The translations under genes and the position numbers were made by a program. A stretch of DNA of 64,000 nt, taken from the sequence record MK327931.1. The stretch is one strand, 5' to 3'. The notes beneath the pieces are model-generated. The model had not been told where the DNA came from. It did not search any database and saw only the letters and a list, made by a program, of their open reading frames with translations. Positions 59,332 to 64,000 of the stretch are shown piece by piece (the first letter of the stretch is position 1; the number at the start of each line of letters is the position of its first letter). Source of the stretch: Escherichia phage vB_EcoM_G17.

Positions 59332-60086
59332 TTCATACGTTCCTTAATTATAGTCTCTAGATGCGGTATTGCTTTGGTTGCTGGCTTGATAACTTTTTCA
59401 TTAAACAAAAAATCATTATCATTTTTACGAATGTTAACATTAACACTATAACATGGTAATGCTGCTGCTAATCTCGACCATACCAGTACTGTATCGCTAC
59501 TACCAATTACAATAACTGTATCATTTTCATTAAGAGATTTCAACACATTATTTCGTTCTTCGTAAATTGGTAAGCGAATACCATCAACATAACGATGATA
59601 TTCTCCAATCATTACTACATTTGGTTTAGCAAAAACATCATGTTTTGGTATGTATGGTTCGTATCCGCAGTTAATAACATTATAATCATCGGAATTGATA
59701 CTATAATTTTCAATAACTTCGCACAAGTTTCCATGAAGTTTAAGCTCATGACCACCAATACGAGTATAAAGATCGTCCATGTTAGAAGTCATATGAAGGA
59801 AGCAATCACCATATTGATCTTCTAACGATTTTATAAAATAATGCATTGCATTCGGTTCGCATTGTCCCAATTTTACACGTAATGTATTATAGAAAGAATG
59901 AACAACATGATATTTTGTAGTTAAACTAGCAATGTTACATACATCATTAATTTTAAATGTATCCCACAAACCATCATCAAATCGAAAAGGTTCCATACCA
60001 CTTTCAACAGAAAGTCCTGCACCTGATATAATCAGTAATCGCTTTTTACCTTCATTGCTTATAAATTTTTCTGATATCATATTCAA
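59328..60086 (-). CDS. Sir2 (sirtuin) family protein, no obvious zinc ribbon
   Basis: Rossmann motif GAGLSVESGMEPFRFDDGLW, TSNMDDL, catalytic-His region KLHGNL, VIGSSDTV. Confidence 0.7.
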   Translation of the reverse strand: MNMISEKFISNEGKKRLLIISGAGLSVESGMEPFRFDDGLWDTFKINDVCNIASLTTKYHVVHSFYNTLRVKLGQCEPNAMHYFIKSLEDQYGDCFLHMTSNMDDLYTRIGGHELKLHGNLCEVIENYSINSDDYNVINCGYEPYIPKHDVFAKPNVVMIGEYHRYVDGIRLPIYEERNNVLKSLNENDTVIVIGSSDTVLVWSRLAAALPCYSVNVNIRKNDNDFLFNEKVIKPATKAIPHLETIIKERMK

Positions 60087-60283
60087 TCCTTATAAAAAAC
60101 AATTAAATATATTGATAATAACAGAATGATTCCAATATGATAGGCATACATAAAATTATTATCTTTGTGATAACCATTGGATTTCAAGTCCCTATATAAG
60201 CATTTAGCATTGTTATAAATTACAACAATAGAAAAAACTATAAAAAAACTCAAAACCCATTCATAAATTGTGTATGCCATCAT
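60083..60283 (-). CDS. small membrane protein (66 aa)
   Basis: Two hydrophobic helices. Confidence 0.4.
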   Translation of the reverse strand: MMAYTIYEWVLSFFIVFSIVVIYNNAKCLYRDLKSNGYHKDNNFMYAYHIGIILLLSIYLIVFYKD

Positions 60284-60310
60284 CTATTCTCTCTTATAAT
60301 ATTAGTACTT

Positions 60311-60904
60311 TTAATATTTTAAAACATCAAACTCTTCGCTTACGCTTGTTACATTATCACTAACAATTTTAAAAATTGATTTGATACGTTCGTGTAGTGG
60401 TTTTTTAGATTCGTTCTCAACTTCAATATATGCTTGCATTGCTGCAATTGCATGATATGTCCCACTACCTACTGCGGTAATTCTTGTTTTAGGTTGTAGT
60501 ACTGAAAAGTCTTCTTGAACTTCATAGATTGTATGATTGTGGAGAATGATAAATTGTCCACCTCCTACATCTTGTGATGCATCTCGTGCACCCCATTCTT
60601 CTTTAAACATTTGACGAATAATTGGAATAACTTTAAGAACCAAATATTGTGAAAATGTTTGACTAGCATCTTGTTCAGGTAAATTAAGGTTATAATTTAA
60701 CAACTGACCCATACGAAATGATGTAGTATAACCCAATGCCATTACTTCTTTAGTTCTAGTTAGTCCATCATCATGTAACTTGATAAATTCTTTCTCGAAT
60801 ACCTTTGGCTCAGTTTGAACAGTTTTTGTAAATCCATTGCTTCCTAACTTATCCCCAGCAATAAAAGAACTTACTCCGTCAGTGTGTGCAATAATACAGG
60901 TCAT
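60311..60904 (-). CDS. HslV/proteasome-beta-like Ntn peptidase homolog (about 197 aa from ATG at 60904)
   Basis: MTCIIAHTDGVSSFIAGDKLGSNG aligns to HslV [24 protein letters not shown] with Thr after Met; ITAVGSGTYHAIAA aligns to HslV IAIGSGGPYAQAAA; ATGA overlap with upstream gene. Confidence 0.6.
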   Translation of the reverse strand: MTCIIAHTDGVSSFIAGDKLGSNGFTKTVQTEPKVFEKEFIKLHDDGLTRTKEVMALGYTTSFRMGQLLNYNLNLPEQDASQTFSQYLVLKVIPIIRQMFKEEWGARDASQDVGGGQFIILHNHTIYEVQEDFSVLQPKTRITAVGSGTYHAIAAMQAYIEVENESKKPLHERIKSIFKIVSDNVTSVSEEFDVLKY

Positions 60905-61161
60905 AAAATAGCTCCAATTGCAAATAATGTTGTGTATAAGATATAAATTAGTGCTCCTAACAACATTAGGCACACCAAGTATGAAGTTGATAGTACATAA
61001 TAAATTATTGCTTCGAATTTTGAATTGAACTTCATTGTAGTTGAATCAATAAAGCCATTACGATAATCTTTGTAAATGAAAACTGTTAGAAAAATAACTG
61101 TAGCATACATTACTACAGTAGCATAAAAAATAATAGATGTCAAGTTTTGGATGTTTGTCAT
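60901..61161 (-). CDS. small membrane protein (86 aa)
   Basis: Multiple hydrophobic helices. Confidence 0.5.
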   Translation of the reverse strand: MTNIQNLTSIIFYATVVMYATVIFLTVFIYKDYRNGFIDSTTMKFNSKFEAIIYYVLSTSYLVCLMLLGALIYILYTTLFAIGAIL

Positions 61162-61231
61162 AGTTATATAATCTCAATATAATTAATAACAAAGGAAGTA
61201 CATCATAATCATCCTGTTATTTTAATTATTT

Positions 61232-61855
61232 TTATTGTTTGACTGAACCGTAAAAAACCAGTTCTGGTTTTGTTAATATTACAACATCTTCACCACGAGA
61301 ACGACTAACTCTAAATAGAACTTCTGGTGGGATTCCATTTGCTGCATATAGTGAAAAAAGGAAACCTACCTTTGTTGCCATTTCTTCGGTAAAAGTTGAT
61401 AACTGTCTTACAGACACAAATGAATTATCACCATCAGTAACATTACTTTTAATCGAAATGTTATGAAGACCCAGTACTGAGCGATTTGTCATATATCGCT
61501 TTTCGGGAGATACACTAAAGAATACCACAGTACATGCTGAATTGCAATACCTAGAAACAATTAAATTTATCCCATTGTCTCTAACAAAGTTTGCCATTCG
61601 AATACCTGCATCAAAATCACCACCAGGAGATGTAATTGTGATGGTATCATAGTGTTCTTTATCATACAACTCTATCATACGCTTGAGTGACCCATCTGTA
61701 ATATCTGATATGAAATATACATTTCGGGTTTCAGGATTATACTTTATCACATTTTTACTTTCAATACCAGCACTGGCTGGAAAATTTATTAACAATAGAA
61801 ACATTGCTGCTTGTATCACTTCAAGCCATAGTCTTTTCATATAACAAGTCCTCAA
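61232..61855 (-). CDS. secreted ClpP/S49-like serine-protease-fold protein
   Basis: Signal peptide LLLINFPASAG; ITITSPGGDFDAGIRMANFV resembles ClpP INSPGG..AG motif; candidate Ser in CNSAC. Confidence 0.5.
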   Translation of the reverse strand: MRTCYMKRLWLEVIQAAMFLLLINFPASAGIESKNVIKYNPETRNVYFISDITDGSLKRMIELYDKEHYDTITITSPGGDFDAGIRMANFVRDNGINLIVSRYCNSACTVVFFSVSPEKRYMTNRSVLGLHNISIKSNVTDGDNSFVSVRQLSTFTEEMATKVGFLFSLYAANGIPPEVLFRVSRSRGEDVVILTKPELVFYGSVKQ

Positions 61856-62065
61856 TTTTGTTTAGGAAGATATAAATAATATAGTACTTAAACACTTAAG
61901 TCAAACTTTTTCTGTACTTAACTCAAATTTTTAAAAATAAAACTTAAGGTGTACAGTTTATAACAGATCATATCATACCACTGATGTTTTGTCAACTAGT
62001 TCATGGTGCATCTGATGTAAAAAACAAATATATTTCATACTTATATTTAAAAAAGGAAATAAAAT

Positions 62066-62443
62066 ATGAAAGCTATCGCAGCACAAGGTAAACTACCATT
62101 CAATATCGGCGGGTTTTGTGTAACCGCAGCTAATATAAACGGTGAATTGAAATATAACTTGAACATCTTTAATCAACGTTCTAGTTGTGTTTACGATCTC
62201 ATTGATACTGATTTTAATGTTTATCGTTTTGTAACTATCACTAGTTATGATAAAGATAAAATTAGATTAGATGCATCTAAAACAGCATTGGAAATTGCAC
62301 CAACTCTAGCCAAAAATACTTTTTGTATTAAGATTGACGATAGTGCATTTGCTGAATCATTCCAGTTTCATAAAATTAAATTGAGTACTGGGGCGATGAA
62401 ATATCACCCTTGGGATTTGTATTATTGCAACCTCCCAGGTTAA
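62066..62443 (+). CDS. hypothetical protein (125 aa), the only convincing plus-strand gene
   Basis: AAGGAA RBS 9 nt upstream of ATG; followed by bidirectional terminator. Confidence 0.5.
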   Translation: MKAIAAQGKLPFNIGGFCVTAANINGELKYNLNIFNQRSSCVYDLIDTDFNVYRFVTITSYDKDKIRLDASKTALEIAPTLAKNTFCIKIDDSAFAESFQFHKIKLSTGAMKYHPWDLYYCNLPG

Positions 62444-62474
62444 CAAAAAAGGAGCCTTGTGGCTCCTTTTTTTA
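62444..62474. terminator. bidirectional rho-independent terminator
   Basis: AAAAAA-GGAGCC-TTGT-GGCTCC-TTTTTTT between convergent genes. Confidence 0.7.
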
Positions 62475-62729
62475 TTCTACAGTATTAAGCTTCTGACAAA
62501 TCATATCAGCTTCTACTCGGTCTTTATAATAAATGGTAAATCCAAATCTACTTGTTACCCTTTTCTCACTACGGTGTATACAGTTTACAATATAGTACTT
62601 ATTATTTTGTGCAGAAAAACGAACTTCATAATTTCGAAAAGAAGTATTAGGTTCATCCATAGCAACTATATATAACATAAAAATAAAAAACACTGTTATT
62701 AGAAAAGCAATAATAATTATTACTGTCAT
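62472..62729 (-). CDS. small protein with N-terminal TM helix (85 aa)
   Basis: MTVIIIIAFLITVFFIFMLYIVAM; 4-nt overlap with dCMP deaminase gene. Confidence 0.45.
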   Translation of the reverse strand: MTVIIIIAFLITVFFIFMLYIVAMDEPNTSFRNYEVRFSAQNNKYYIVNCIHRSEKRVTSRFGFTIYYKDRVEADMICQKLNTVE

Positions 62730-63217
62730 TTATCAAGACCCTTATCATAAATGCAATTAACAATAATTCCAGCATCTTCCAGTACTTTAATAGCTTCTGG
62801 TGGTGTACGAGGATAATTTTTGAGATAAATTACACGTGAAATCCCACTACCTGCGATCAACTTAGAACAAGTATAACATGGTTGTAGTGTTGTGTAAAGA
62901 GTAGCACCTTGACGTTCAGTAGGAGAACTATAGAGTAAAGCGTTCATTTCAGCATGGATTTCATGAATATTACTCCACTCATGATGTTCATGCTTTGCTT
63001 CATCACTAACCCAGTCTTGAAAACGTCCATCATTGACTAAGTGTTGATTCACATCACAACAATTTGGTTGTTTTGATGGAGTACCATTGTATCCAGTACT
63101 CAATACTCGGTTATTTTTAACAATAACACAACCAACTTTTTGTGAAATACATTTACTTTCCTCAGCAACTACTTCTGCTATCTTCAACCAAGTCGTATGT
63201 TTCATTATAAGCTCCAA
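62726..63217 (-). CDS. cd: dCMP deaminase (T4 cd-like)
   Basis: HAEMNAL and PCYTCSKLI zinc motifs; N-terminal AEVVAEESKC..KVGCVIVKNNRVLSTGYNG matches T4 Cd. Confidence 0.85.
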   Translation of the reverse strand: MELIMKHTTWLKIAEVVAEESKCISQKVGCVIVKNNRVLSTGYNGTPSKQPNCCDVNQHLVNDGRFQDWVSDEAKHEHHEWSNIHEIHAEMNALLYSSPTERQGATLYTTLQPCYTCSKLIAGSGISRVIYLKNYPRTPPEAIKVLEDAGIIVNCIYDKGLDK

Positions 63218-63686
63218 TACTTAACAATGCGTTTTTACACAAATCATGAATTTTCATAACTCGAATATAGTTTAACACATCTGTTTCATTAATTTCAAAT
63301 GGTTTATCTGCATATGTAGACCACGTTTGATTTAATTCAATAACAAATGTAATTTTATCTGTATCCATAATATTATCACAAAATCTACGAAAATCTTGCT
63401 CTTCATCGGAAAGTCTGAAATTTAAATCATTTTTTAAACCATTAACTGTGAAGCAAATACCAGTACTGTAACCGATGCAAATATCTTCAATATCATATAA
63501 TCCATAAATTAATTTAGAGATAAACGTGCTATATTTGTTTCTATGATAATAGTTTAATATTTCTTGTTTAATATTAATTTCAATATCAGTAGTTTTTTGT
63601 AATGTAAGTTTAATTAATTCTAATGTCTTGATTATGTTATCTAACCAGATATTAGTATCATCTATACTTAGGTGTGTGTATTTCAT
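63162..63686 (-). CDS. hypothetical protein (174 aa)
   Basis: ORF. Confidence 0.5.
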   Translation of the reverse strand: MKYTHLSIDDTNIWLDNIIKTLELIKLTLQKTTDIEINIKQEILNYYHRNKYSTFISKLIYGLYDIEDICIGYSTGICFTVNGLKNDLNFRLSDEEQDFRRFCDNIMDTDKITFVIELNQTWSTYADKPFEINETDVLNYIRVMKIHDLCKNALLSIGAYNETYDLVEDSRSSC

Positions 63687-63945
63687 TATGTCCCTCTAGA
63701 TTCCAATCATCAACGAGTTTAGAACAAACTTCCATATGATTATAGTACTTTTCATCCAATACATACGGTTTATTATGATATTGTCGTACATCAGTGAATA
63801 TATCATAATTTCTATATATGAATGACATATTTTTATGCATTAATTCTATAGTTTTCCAAATTTTCTCAATATCATATAGAATTGTTTCTAATGACAAACC
63901 TGTTAACTTGGAAATTCTTTCAACTTTAAACCCTGATAACATCAT
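63658..63945 (-). CDS. hypothetical protein (95 aa)
   Basis: ORF. Confidence 0.5.
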   Translation of the reverse strand: MMLSGFKVERISKLTGLSLETILYDIEKIWKTIELMHKNMSFIYRNYDIFTDVRQYHNKPYVLDEKYYNHMEVCSKLVDDWNLEGHNEIHTPKYR

Positions 63946-64000
63946 AGTACTGTTGTGTTTAGTTAAGTAACTATATCCAATAGAACTATGTATTAACTCA

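Overview
AT-rich, densely packed bacteriophage DNA. The tail sheath (clear N- and C-terminal matches to T4 gp18), dNMP kinase, dCMP deaminase, NrdD/NrdG, PIN-PhoH and head-completion-like genes point to a large T4-related myovirus, possibly of the giant low-GC type, although the host cannot be told from sequence. Almost every gene is on the minus strand, with one convincing plus-strand gene (62066..62443) next to a bidirectional terminator. Recognisable content: a MoxR-like AAA ATPase plus vWA/metallopeptidase pair, a structural block (sheath, two tube-like paralogs, gp4-like), a nucleotide and RNA-processing set (macro domain, glutaredoxin, Nudix, CCA-adding enzyme, HPF homolog, 2H phosphoesterase), lysis genes (LysM-lysozyme, spanin pair), an HNH endonuclease, a nucleotidyltransferase operon with three tandem paralogs and a large depolymerase-like protein, two very large tail-fibre-like paralogs, anaerobic RNR, a second deaminase-fold protein, a WGR-domain protein, and a Sir2/Nudix/CPR-like/HslV-like/ClpP-like cluster. 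Many host-type promoters ((T/G)(T/G)GACA, 16-17 nt, TATAAT) and hairpin plus T-run terminators are readable on the minus strand. The most unusual locus is a ~0.5 kb promoter-to-terminator region (30874..31424) with no credible ORF, raised GC and many hairpins, a candidate structured ncRNA. All calls are from reading motifs by eye; no database search was run.
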